17,940 bases of DNA from Candidatus Iainarchaeum sp. (GTDB lineage Archaea; Iainarchaeota; Iainarchaeia; Iainarchaeales; JAFCCJ01). Location: NCBI GenBank assembly GCA_043816965.1, contig JBDRHK010000003.1, forward strand, positions 1 through 17,940, in the 5' to 3' direction. A model generated the notes under the pieces. That model searched no databases. It had not been told where the DNA came from and saw only the letters and a program-made list of their open reading frames with translations. Both the position numbers and the translations under genes were made by a program. Shown here in pieces: positions 9,044 through 17,260 of the stretch (positions are counted from its first letter, which is position 1; each line of letters begins with the position of its first letter).

Positions 9044-9937
9044 TTATTTCGGCTTATTCCATTCATTCTTCAGCCCGCCCGATTTTGGGTTCTCAAAAAA
9101 CACATCTGCGATTACAAGATTCCGTTTTTTGAAGTCAGCATATTTTTTCCCCCTTAGCAAATAGTCATACATGAAAGCACGGCCGAGGTGAATATGCTGG
9201 TTGCGCCCTATTGGTTGGGCAACAAGCTCGCCAAAAGCATTCCAGGCGAAGGCTTCACCATCCCTAGGGTCATAATTGTGGGAAGCAGTATTCACCACAA
9301 TAATGCCGTCAACAGCAATAGATTTTCTACCGTTGCCATATTCCCGTGATATGCCCCCTAAATATGTCGGAATTCCCATAACAGAAATTTCCTTTCCAGC
9401 CGCATCCTTCATTCTTTTAAGATTTGGCTTATCTTTCCCAAATTTCGATTTCGGAAAAAATTCCTTGGGAATTGCTTTTTTAGAATAATTATTTCTCACG
9501 AAATCTACAATTTTTTTGTAACCGGTTAATCCAATCATTGCGCCCACTGCGTTGCTTCTTACCACCAAATCGCGGTCCAAAATAATTTTTTTTAATTCAG
9601 GTATTGTCTTGGATTGGATTAAATTTCGCAGTATAACTGAATGCTTACCTCTCCATTCAGGATCCGGGTGTTTTGATAAGAATTTTTTTGATAAGAGCAA
9701 TATTATTTCCTTTGCCACGCCACTTTTTTCACCAAAATTATTTTTCATCATATATACTGTGCCAACCAGATAACCAGCTGCCTGATCAAATTCACGAGGG
9801 TTTTTTGAGTTCAAACCATCAATCAGCTTTTGCATGTGTTCCCTTCTGCGCCCCATTTTTTGCATAAGCTTAGCTAGATTGGTAGTTCTTCCAATAGACC
9901 TCTTTTTTTTAGGTTCGGGCTTACCTTTCTGACGCAT
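9044..9937 (-). CDS. Hypothetical basic protein with possible HEAT-like repeats
   Basis: Long ORF filling the gap. K/R/P-rich N-terminus; HEAT-like segments LIDGLNSKNPREFDQAAGYL and LKKIILDRDLVVRSNAVGAM. ATG 9937 has TTTAAA 24-29 nt upstream and no SD, so it may be leaderless. Alternative start TTG 9943. Confidence 0.7.
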   Translation of the reverse strand: MRQKGKPEPKKKRSIGRTTNLAKLMQKMGRRREHMQKLIDGLNSKNPREFDQAAGYLVGTVYMMKNNFGEKSGVAKEIILLLSKKFLSKHPDPEWRGKHSVILRNLIQSKTIPELKKIILDRDLVVRSNAVGAMIGLTGYKKIVDFVRNNYSKKAIPKEFFPKSKFGKDKPNLKRMKDAAGKEISVMGIPTYLGGISREYGNGRKSIAVDGIIVVNTASHNYDPRDGEAFAWNAFGELVAQPIGRNQHIHLGRAFMYDYLLRGKKYADFKKRNLVIADVFFENPKSGGLKNEWNKPK

Positions 9938-9981
9938 GAACAAAATAGAGTTTAAAACAATTTAAATGATATTCCATCTTT

Positions 9982-10965
9982 TCATTTCCCCTTAAAATTC
10001 TCAACCGCTTCTTTCCCAAGAATCTCCCCAAGATCAGAATCAATTCCCTCCCCTGAAATAATCCCCTCAGTTTCCTTCCTCACATTTTCCATCTCTTTTT
10101 CGGTTGCAATATCCGCCTTATTAAACACAACAATAACCTTCTGCTTGAAAATCTTTCTCACCTCTTTCAAAAGATTCATCTGCTCCTTCAGCTGGTAACC
10201 GCACATTTCGGTTGGGTCAACCACAAAAACAATCACTTCCCCCAAATGCCTGAGGGCGGCAATCGCCCTCTTCTCAACATCATTTCTTTTGCTCATCTCC
10301 CTATCCAATAATCCCGGGGTATCCACCACCTGAATATCATGGTATTTATAAGAAAAATAACCGAACTTAACGCCTTGTGTTGTGAAGGGATAGGGCGCAA
10401 TTTTCGGCCTTGATGTTGTAAGGCGGGAAAGGATTGTGGTTTTCCCTGTGTTTGGAAACCCGGCAAGTATTACAGTTAAGCACTCAAGTTTCAGTTTCGG
10501 GAGCCTCCTTGCATTAATCACAGCCTCGCGGACAATTGAAAGGCTAGCTTCAGCATTTGAAACAATTGAATCAGCCCTTGCAAAAAACCTCTTCCTTTCG
10601 GAAATTATCTTTTCCTTATCATCATGCCTGAAAATTTTCCGAATAGTTTCAACCATCAGTTTCTTCAATAAGTTCGAACTTTTCTCCAGATGCGCAAGCG
10701 CCTGTTTCAATGAGTCCAAATCAACAAAGGAAGAAAGCAATTCAAGGTGAAATTTATGCATTTCCTCCAGATTGGGAAACAAAACAGAGACCGCATGCAA
10801 TTTTGCGGATAATTCCTTGCCCATAATCGCAACTTTCTTAGATTCCTTATTCTTAACCTGCCTTTCCTTATCCCTGGTTTTTTTCATTCCTGCGGCTACT
10901 TTCAGTGCCTTCTTTATGGAAGAATCCATTAAATCCCTTTTTGTCGGAACATTAGCCAAATTCAT
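9982..10965 (-). CDS. NOG1-family (Obg-like) GTPase
   Basis: N-terminal helical NOG1-type domain; G1 GFPNTGKT, G2 YPFTT, G3 DTPGLLDR, G4 NKAD; NOG1 motif RNDVEKRAIAALRHL. ATG 10965 follows GGGGT; alternative start GTG 10977. Confidence 0.92.
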   Translation of the reverse strand: MNLANVPTKRDLMDSSIKKALKVAAGMKKTRDKERQVKNKESKKVAIMGKELSAKLHAVSVLFPNLEEMHKFHLELLSSFVDLDSLKQALAHLEKSSNLLKKLMVETIRKIFRHDDKEKIISERKRFFARADSIVSNAEASLSIVREAVINARRLPKLKLECLTVILAGFPNTGKTTILSRLTTSRPKIAPYPFTTQGVKFGYFSYKYHDIQVVDTPGLLDREMSKRNDVEKRAIAALRHLGEVIVFVVDPTEMCGYQLKEQMNLLKEVRKIFKQKVIVVFNKADIATEKEMENVRKETEGIISGEGIDSDLGEILGKEAVENFKGK

Positions 10966-11088
10966 TGCAAACCCCACATAATATTTAAATCATTAGCTTC
11001 ATTAATTGTTAGGTAGTATCATTAATCAATATTACTGTAAATATGGCGGATATGCGCTTTTTTTGGTGTTTTGAAAGGATTGGTTCTA

Positions 11089-12168
11089 ATGTTCGACAAT
11101 CTGGCTAATAAACTTTATGGGGGAAATTACAGGAAATTGCTGATAATCCCGGCCATATTTTTTGTTGTTTTCCTTGTGGCAATATTCATTTTTCCAGGAA
11201 TTGAACAGGGTTTAGACCTTACAGGGGGAACAATGATAGTTGCCAGGGGCGACCTGCCCATGGATGCGGAAAGGATGGAAACCCTCCTTCTGGAAAAATA
11301 CCCCTTGCAGGAATTGCGCGTAAGTTCAGTTTCCTCGCCCACCGGCTATGGGGCAGTGATCCAGTACAGCAAAAATCAGGATTTGTTTGATGCTGAGGAA
11401 AGAATTGCCAATGCAAAATTCTTGCTTTCAAACAATCCAGAACAGGCAAAACAAGAGGCAATATCTGCAATGGCCCTTCTTAGTGATTACATATCCCCTC
11501 CATCAACAACCAACCTTACTCCTGAGCAGACAGTGGATGTTGCAACTGACACATTTATCAAGGCAAAGGAATTATTCGAACTTTCAATACAGAACCTGAT
11601 AAGTACTGAATTTAATCTGGGCGATAACGCAAAATTCCAAAAAACCGAGATTGGCCCCTCGCTGGGGGAAAGTTTCTGGGAAAGCGCCATAATGGTTGCG
11701 GCCATGGCATTTGTCTCGGTTGTAATAGTTATATTTATTTTTTTCAGGGAAATAATTCCTTCAGCCGCGGTTATTGGTGCAGCAATATTTGACATAGCAG
11801 GGGCGCTTGCACTTATGGCGATTTTTGGAATTCCGCTATCCCTTGCATCAATTCCAGCTCTTCTAATGCTGATTGGTTACAGTGTTGACACAGACATCAT
11901 GCTGACCACAAGGCTGCTTAAGAGGAAGGAAAGAAGCGCAAGGGAAAGGACAGTTGATTCAATGAAAACCGGGCTTACAATGACATTTACCACAATCGCG
12001 GCATTGACCTCGATGCTAATCCTCGCATACCTTGGGCAAATATTTATTATTTTCCAGATAGCGGCGGTATTGCTTTTCGGCCTTTTCGCGGACCTTATTT
12101 CAACCTGGTTCATGAATGCGCCTGTGCTTTTGTGGTATGTGGAATCAAAGAAGGGGGGAAATGAATGA
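11089..12168 (+). CDS. secF: Protein translocase subunit SecF
   Basis: GLDLTGGT after TM1, IGPSLG, and the archaeal signature LIGYSVDTDIMLTTR; six TM helices. Start is ATG 11089 or TTG 11071. Confidence 0.95.
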   Translation: MFDNLANKLYGGNYRKLLIIPAIFFVVFLVAIFIFPGIEQGLDLTGGTMIVARGDLPMDAERMETLLLEKYPLQELRVSSVSSPTGYGAVIQYSKNQDLFDAEERIANAKFLLSNNPEQAKQEAISAMALLSDYISPPSTTNLTPEQTVDVATDTFIKAKELFELSIQNLISTEFNLGDNAKFQKTEIGPSLGESFWESAIMVAAMAFVSVVIVIFIFFREIIPSAAVIGAAIFDIAGALALMAIFGIPLSLASIPALLMLIGYSVDTDIMLTTRLLKRKERSARERTVDSMKTGLTMTFTTIAALTSMLILAYLGQIFIIFQIAAVLLFGLFADLISTWFMNAPVLLWYVESKKGGNE

Positions 12169-13844
12169 GGGAACTCCTGAGCAACTGGAAAATTCTTCTT
12201 TTGATTTCAATGCTGATACTCTCATTAGGGCTGATTATGTTCAAGGGAATCTCCCTTGGAATTGATTTTAAGGGAGGAACCTTATTCCAGATAGAGCTGG
12301 AAAGGGAGGCAGAGAGTGTTGCCCAATTAAACGCTGTAAAGCAGACAATCCAGCAAAGAATGGACTGGACAGGATTAAGGGACACAATAGTCACAACTGC
12401 AGGGAACAAATATGTAATTGTGCAGATTGCGGAAACCGACCCTGAACAGGTTGAAAGGATGGAGGGATTGCTGAGAAGGCAGGGGAAATTTGAGGCAACT
12501 TTGGATGGAGAGGCCCTTTTCACAGGTTCTGACATAATCCAGATATACAAGGACAGCGCAAACGGTTATGGTGCCTTCCAGAAAGACACATTAGTTGGAT
12601 GGAGGCTGCCATTCCTCCTTAAGGAGGAGGCGGCCAAAAAGTTCACCAACGGAGTGTTCCATCGCTGCACACTTGACACATTCGACCCATTAGGGCAGGG
12701 AAGCCAGTATGATTGTGATGTCACATATTTCTTCATTGACAGGCCTGATAATGCAGTCCTTATCCTTAATCAGGACTTGTATGAGGCTGATAGGCAGCTT
12801 CTGCTGCAGGGAAATACATCCAATGACATTCCCGCAGACACCAGAATTGAGGACCTTTTTGAGAATGCCGCATTGCCACATATTCTGGTTGGCGATAATG
12901 GCCTGACCACTGAGCAGAAATCAGAATTGTCCTTGCTTGTATCAACCAATGGTACGGCAATAATACCCAAATACCTTTCCACAACTGTCCAGAATGATTT
13001 GGAGTCAATGGGCTTTAAGCTAAAAGAGGTGGACTCATCCACTGAGGGTTATCTCTTAAACCCGACTGAGTTTGGCACCCAGACATATGCCTCGCAACTG
13101 CCTGTGCCATGGGTATGGCAGGCAACAGGCGCAAGGCAGGTGATTGCATTAACCCCTGGAATTGCTAACCTTGAGCCATATGTTGGCGATGTTTCACAGG
13201 CGAAGATTTTCTCCAGGCTGTTTATTGAGGGAACAACCCAGACACAGGAAGCCGCCATCGAGAACCTCCAAAACCTTTCCATCATACTTGAATCAGGCTC
13301 ACTCCCTATTGGGGTGGAGAGCATTTCCAAGGAAACAATTTCCCCATTCCTTGGGCAGGAATTTTTGCAGAATGTCTTTTTCATTGGAATAGTTGCGCTG
13401 GTAGTTGTTGCATTGGTTATTTACATCCGTTACAGGAAATTGAGATTAACTGTCCCAATTCTATTTACCGGGATGAGTGAGGTCTTCATTATCCTTGGCT
13501 TTGCCGCTTTCATCAATTGGAACCTTGATTTGGCTGCGGTTGCAGGAATTCTTGCCGCGGTTGGAACAGGGGTTGATGACCAAATTGTCATTACTGATGA
13601 ACTTATGAAGGGCGAGATTTCCGCAGACACCTCCCTTTTGAGCAGGGTAAAGAGGGCATTCTTTATCATAATGGTGGCCGCTGCAACAACCATTGCAACA
13701 ATGTTGCCGATTGTTTTGTTCGGTTTTGGCCTTGGAAAATTGGTTGGATTTGCAATAATCACAATAACAGGGGTTTTGATAGGGGTTTTCATTGCAAGGC
13801 CGGCATATTCAGAGATTGCAAGGTACATCCTTTCCAAATACTGA
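12165..13844 (+). CDS. secD: Protein translocase subunit SecD
   Basis: LGIDFKGGT, QGKFEA, LESGSLP, ISPFLG and GTGVDDQIVITDE. ATGA overlap with the secF stop. Confidence 0.95.
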   Translation: MRELLSNWKILLLISMLILSLGLIMFKGISLGIDFKGGTLFQIELEREAESVAQLNAVKQTIQQRMDWTGLRDTIVTTAGNKYVIVQIAETDPEQVERMEGLLRRQGKFEATLDGEALFTGSDIIQIYKDSANGYGAFQKDTLVGWRLPFLLKEEAAKKFTNGVFHRCTLDTFDPLGQGSQYDCDVTYFFIDRPDNAVLILNQDLYEADRQLLLQGNTSNDIPADTRIEDLFENAALPHILVGDNGLTTEQKSELSLLVSTNGTAIIPKYLSTTVQNDLESMGFKLKEVDSSTEGYLLNPTEFGTQTYASQLPVPWVWQATGARQVIALTPGIANLEPYVGDVSQAKIFSRLFIEGTTQTQEAAIENLQNLSIILESGSLPIGVESISKETISPFLGQEFLQNVFFIGIVALVVVALVIYIRYRKLRLTVPILFTGMSEVFIILGFAAFINWNLDLAAVAGILAAVGTGVDDQIVITDELMKGEISADTSLLSRVKRAFFIIMVAAATTIATMLPIVLFGFGLGKLVGFAIITITGVLIGVFIARPAYSEIARYILSKY

Positions 13845-13845
13845 T

Positions 13846-14322
13846 TCATAAAAATCCGGAAAAATTAGTGATGCCTGTTATCCGCATTGTTAAGTAATAC
13901 CATAAAACAAGGATAAATGCAGTTGTTGCAAACCAGCTCAGAATATGCAAGGGTTCAACAATCCAGAATCCGAACAATTCCCCCCCCAGAATCACAAGAT
14001 AAATCCTGAAAAAGTTAAGCACAAGAAGGCTAACTGAACCTGCGAGGAAAATCCCGACCTTCTTTTTTATTTCCGGCTTCTTCAGCGAGAAAATTATTGC
14101 CGCAAGTATTATGCTGCTCACTAAGCCTGTGCAGGACGGGCTTATTTCAAAATTGCCGCCATCTGAAATGATAAGATTTCCCGCAACTTCAAGGCCCAGA
14201 AGCCCTGCCTCAATCGATGCAATTGGTTCCTGCAGCAATGGCAGGTTTGAACTGACCAATAATGCCTCAAGCACAAAAAATACCGCAAAAAATTTCAGAA
14301 CAAACCAGAATATGCCCTTCAA
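13846..14322 (-). CDS. Archaeosortase/exosortase family transpeptidase
   Basis: Small polytopic membrane protein with FEISPSCTG (catalytic Cys), LNFFRI (Arg) and EPLH (His), in the order typical of the exosortase family. Confidence 0.85.
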   Translation of the reverse strand: MKGIFWFVLKFFAVFFVLEALLVSSNLPLLQEPIASIEAGLLGLEVAGNLIISDGGNFEISPSCTGLVSSIILAAIIFSLKKPEIKKKVGIFLAGSVSLLVLNFFRIYLVILGGELFGFWIVEPLHILSWFATTAFILVLWYYLTMRITGITNFSGFL

Positions 14323-14323
14323 T

Positions 14324-14848
14324 CTACCACGGAACCTTTTTAAGTTTTATTTTGAATGCCAGATAATTCGTCATTTTGTGAATTATTATTGTGGCGGCAC
14401 CAATAAGCAGGGCCTCCCAGAATCCCGGGAGGTAATAAATGGTTCCCAAAATCATTCCCCCGATAACGAAGTCCAATTGGTCAAGGAATAAAACTTCAGT
14501 CCCCCTGGGGATATTGTTTCGCCTCTTGAAGAAGCTCCCTGCCATGTCACCGAGAATTGCGCCAATTGACAGTGCAAAGCCAAGCAGCAAAAAATGAGGG
14601 CTGATTCCGGCCGTAAGGGCGGGAAAGAAGTACTCGAGAAGAAAGGCGCTGGCAGTGCCCAAGCCGATTCCTATTGAGGTTCCCTTAAAGGTTTTTCCTG
14701 GTCCGAAGATTGGTTTTCCATCAATAAACTTGATGTTCAAATCAAAAGGGGTTTTCCCCCCGAAGAGCATTGCCCCTGAATTGGCAATATACATCGGAAT
14801 TATGTAAATCAATATTTTGATAAGGAAATCCAGCAAGAGAATCAACAC
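14324..14848 (-). CDS. carS: CDP-archaeol synthase (CDP-2,3-bis-O-geranylgeranyl-sn-glycerol synthase)
   Basis: PMYIANSGA, DGKPIFGPGKTFKG, GDMAGSFFKRR, LDQLDF and C-terminal KKVPW are CarS/DUF46 signatures. Confidence 0.95.
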   Translation of the reverse strand: MLILLLDFLIKILIYIIPMYIANSGAMLFGGKTPFDLNIKFIDGKPIFGPGKTFKGTSIGIGLGTASAFLLEYFFPALTAGISPHFLLLGFALSIGAILGDMAGSFFKRRNNIPRGTEVLFLDQLDFVIGGMILGTIYYLPGFWEALLIGAATIIIHKMTNYLAFKIKLKKVPW

Positions 14849-14932
14849 TTTCTAGTATTTTAAATCCACTAAAGATTATAAACAGGGGAACAAATAAAAT
14901 AACTATTGGTCATAGTTTTTGATGGTGATTCT

Positions 14933-15835
14933 GTGCGCAATCTCATAATCCTTTCACTGGTTTCCCTTGCGGCATTGGTGGTAATTGTGCTGGTTTTAAG
15001 TGTTGCAATCCCCGCTGCATTATTTTCAGGCCCGGCATTGTTTGAAAAAAGCATTGCCGTAATCCCCTTAAAGGGGGAAATATTCTCCTCCTCTGATGGC
15101 TATTCCAGGAATTACACCGCAGAGGAATTGGTTAAGGTAATAGATGAAGCCAGCAATGACCCTGCCATCGGGGTGATTTTCCTTGACATTGACAGCCCTG
15201 GAGGGGGGGTTGTTGCAACAAAGCAGATTGTTGCAAAAATTAGGGAAGTGGATAAGCCGGTTATTGCATATATAGGGGATGTGGGGGCGAGTGGTGGTTA
15301 TTATGTTGCGGCAGCGGCAGATGAAATAATTGCCGATGAGGATTCCCTTACAGGGAGCATAGGCGTAATTTCAATGGTATATAGCATGGTTGAGCTTTTG
15401 GACAATCTCGGGGTTGAGGTCACAACAGTAACCGCCGGAAAGAATAAGGATATCGGCAGCCCCTTTTCAGAACTAACTGAGGGGCAGAGGAAGATGCTGC
15501 AGGAAATTGTCGACCAGGCCATGGAAGGATTCAAGGGGGACATAATTGAATTCAGGGGGGATAAGCTGGATATGGCTGTTTTTGATGAACTCACTGACGG
15601 AAGAATACTTTCAGGAAGGCAGGCATGGAAGGCAGGTTTGATTGATGGCTTAGGGACAAAGGAATATGCATTTGAACGGGCGGCTGAATTGGGCGGGATT
15701 GAGGGCGAACCAATATTTGAGATTTATGGCAAGGGGGAATTAACTATTTTTGATATTTTTACCCAGGCAGGAAGTTCCTTTGGCAATGGCATAAGTTCGC
15801 GCATGCTTCCCTCAAATGAAGGCCTAAAGTCCTAA
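14933..15835 (+). CDS. sppA: Signal peptide peptidase SppA (peptidase S49, short form)
   Basis: N-terminal TM; IDSPGG, GASGGYY (catalytic Ser), TGSIGV, GKNKDIGSPF (Lys) and DGRILSGRQA. GTG 14933 follows GGTGAT; the ORF-track start is 14906. Confidence 0.94.
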   Translation: MRNLIILSLVSLAALVVIVLVLSVAIPAALFSGPALFEKSIAVIPLKGEIFSSSDGYSRNYTAEELVKVIDEASNDPAIGVIFLDIDSPGGGVVATKQIVAKIREVDKPVIAYIGDVGASGGYYVAAAADEIIADEDSLTGSIGVISMVYSMVELLDNLGVEVTTVTAGKNKDIGSPFSELTEGQRKMLQEIVDQAMEGFKGDIIEFRGDKLDMAVFDELTDGRILSGRQAWKAGLIDGLGTKEYAFERAAELGGIEGEPIFEIYGKGELTIFDIFTQAGSSFGNGISSRMLPSNEGLKS

Positions 15836-16540
15836 TAATGACCCAACCGCAACAATAAGTACCGCACTAATTCCGCCTGCAAGTGTTGCTAGGAAATTTA
15901 CCTGCATATTGTTCAAAAGCTTCTTTCTCTCAAAAACCGCACCAAGTAAACTGTCCACCAATGAGCCGATGATTCCAGCGGCCACAATTGCAATTGCCGG
16001 AAATAAATCCCTGACTGCGAGGAAATAAATTGCGCCTATCATCAGTGCCCCGGCAAAACTTGCCGCAAGACCAAGCCTGGTGATTCCCCCATCAGTTCCT
16101 GTTTCCACTCTCTTCAATGTTGTAATCAGCTTTGGCTTTTTGGGGGAAAGCATCCCGAATTCGGAGGAAACAGTATCTGCCAGTGCCGCAGATATTGCCC
16201 CGAAGAATGCAATCTGGTAACCAAATAGGATTGCAATAAGGGCCCCGCCGGAATTGCCGATTACATTGGCGCTGGTTCTCTTGCCATGCTCGCTGCCCAT
16301 TTTTTTTCTGGCATACCTTGTGGAGAGCTCAGCCACAACAAACATTACAACAAGGACAAAAAAATCAACAAGCCCCAATTCGCCCCCCCTGATAAAAATT
16401 GCAATTCCCACAATATTTGCGGCAATTACCCCCTTAAGGTCAAGGGCATTCCTCCAGAGGGAGATTAATGAGAAAAGAACCAGCACAATTACTACAATCG
16501 ACAATTCATATACGGGCGGAAAAAACGCCATTGCACTCAC
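15824..16540 (-). CDS. DUF92 (TIGR00297) integral membrane protein
   Basis: RTSANVIGN, ADTVSSEFG, GTDGGITRLG, DSLLGAVFE and NNMQVNFLAT. GTGA overlap with the rps3ae stop. Confidence 0.9.
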   Translation of the reverse strand: MSAMAFFPPVYELSIVVIVLVLFSLISLWRNALDLKGVIAANIVGIAIFIRGGELGLVDFFVLVVMFVVAELSTRYARKKMGSEHGKRTSANVIGNSGGALIAILFGYQIAFFGAISAALADTVSSEFGMLSPKKPKLITTLKRVETGTDGGITRLGLAASFAGALMIGAIYFLAVRDLFPAIAIVAAGIIGSLVDSLLGAVFERKKLLNNMQVNFLATLAGGISAVLIVAVGSLLGL

Positions 16541-17142
16541 TTCGATTTGGAAATACTTGATTTGACAATTTCAATCTTCTTTACAGGAGCAACTTTTTTA
16601 ACCTCTTTGAATATCCTTGCCTCAACATTCCCGAAAACAATATCGTAAACAAGTTTTTCAGAGCTCAGCTTTGAAATAAATTTCCTGATCTCTTCATCAA
16701 GAATCTTTCCCAAGGCAGTTTTCCTCTTTGCGGTTGTCTTTCTCGCGGTGATAATGACACTTTTTATCTTGGCATTTGCCCCGTCCTTAAGCTTAATGAC
16801 CTGCACCCTTTCAACCTTGCTGCTTCTTCTTCTTGACATTCTTTTAAGGTAGGAGCCCTTAATCTCGTGCCCCACTGCCTCAGTGTATGCCTTGTCGCCC
16901 TTAATCTCCGTAACCTTGAACTTTATGGAAATATGCTGCTTCTTTATCTGATTGGCAAGGTCCCTTAAGCTTGCAGATATCGTCCTCCCCTTCAGGGTCT
17001 CAGGCTTCTCTGAAACAGTCTCGCCCAAAATCTTCCTTTCGAATTCTGCCGGGGCATAAATCGTGAACCATGTCTTCTTCTTCCATTTGTCCACAGCCCT
17101 CTTTTTGGACTTCTGCTGCCTCACCTTTTTATCCTCAGCCAA
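16537..17142 (-). CDS. rps3ae: 30S ribosomal protein S3Ae (eS1)
   Basis: DKWKKKTWFTIYAP, GRTISASLRDL, YLKRMSRRRSSKV and KVAPVKKIEIVKS. TTG 17142 follows GGAGTGAT; the ORF-track GTG 17151 lies within that SD. Confidence 0.95.
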   Translation of the reverse strand: MAEDKKVRQQKSKKRAVDKWKKKTWFTIYAPAEFERKILGETVSEKPETLKGRTISASLRDLANQIKKQHISIKFKVTEIKGDKAYTEAVGHEIKGSYLKRMSRRRSSKVERVQVIKLKDGANAKIKSVIITARKTTAKRKTALGKILDEEIRKFISKLSSEKLVYDIVFGNVEARIFKEVKKVAPVKKIEIVKSSISKSK

Positions 17143-17147
17143 AATAA

Positions 17148-17252
17148 TCACTCCAAACCATCAATCAAACCATTTGTTTCTGAAACAATTTTTCCCAATT
17201 GCTTTTTCCCTTCTTCAACCATTTTCCCGTTAATTTTCAATGAATATTTCAT
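17148..17252 (-). CDS. Small 34-aa ORF, possibly a pcc1 remnant or a novel small protein
   Basis: Hand translation: MKYSLKINGKMVEEGKKQLGKIVSETNGLIDGLE*. It starts 8 nt after the rps15 stop with a GTGGT SD-like motif, and its stop lies inside the rps3ae SD. Confidence 0.5.
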   Translation of the reverse strand: MKYSLKINGKMVEEGKKQLGKIVSETNGLIDGLE

Positions 17253-17260
17253 AATAACCA

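Noticed and set aside
9671..9696. Direct repeat TTTTGATAAGA, two copies
   Set aside because: Only two copies inside a CDS (LSKKFLSK), with no spacer array; not CRISPR.
17174..17188. Palindrome TTGTTTC-T-GAAACAA between rps15 and rps3ae as a terminator
   Set aside because: A 1-nt loop, an AT-rich stem, no U-tract on the coding strand, and it lies within the small ORF.
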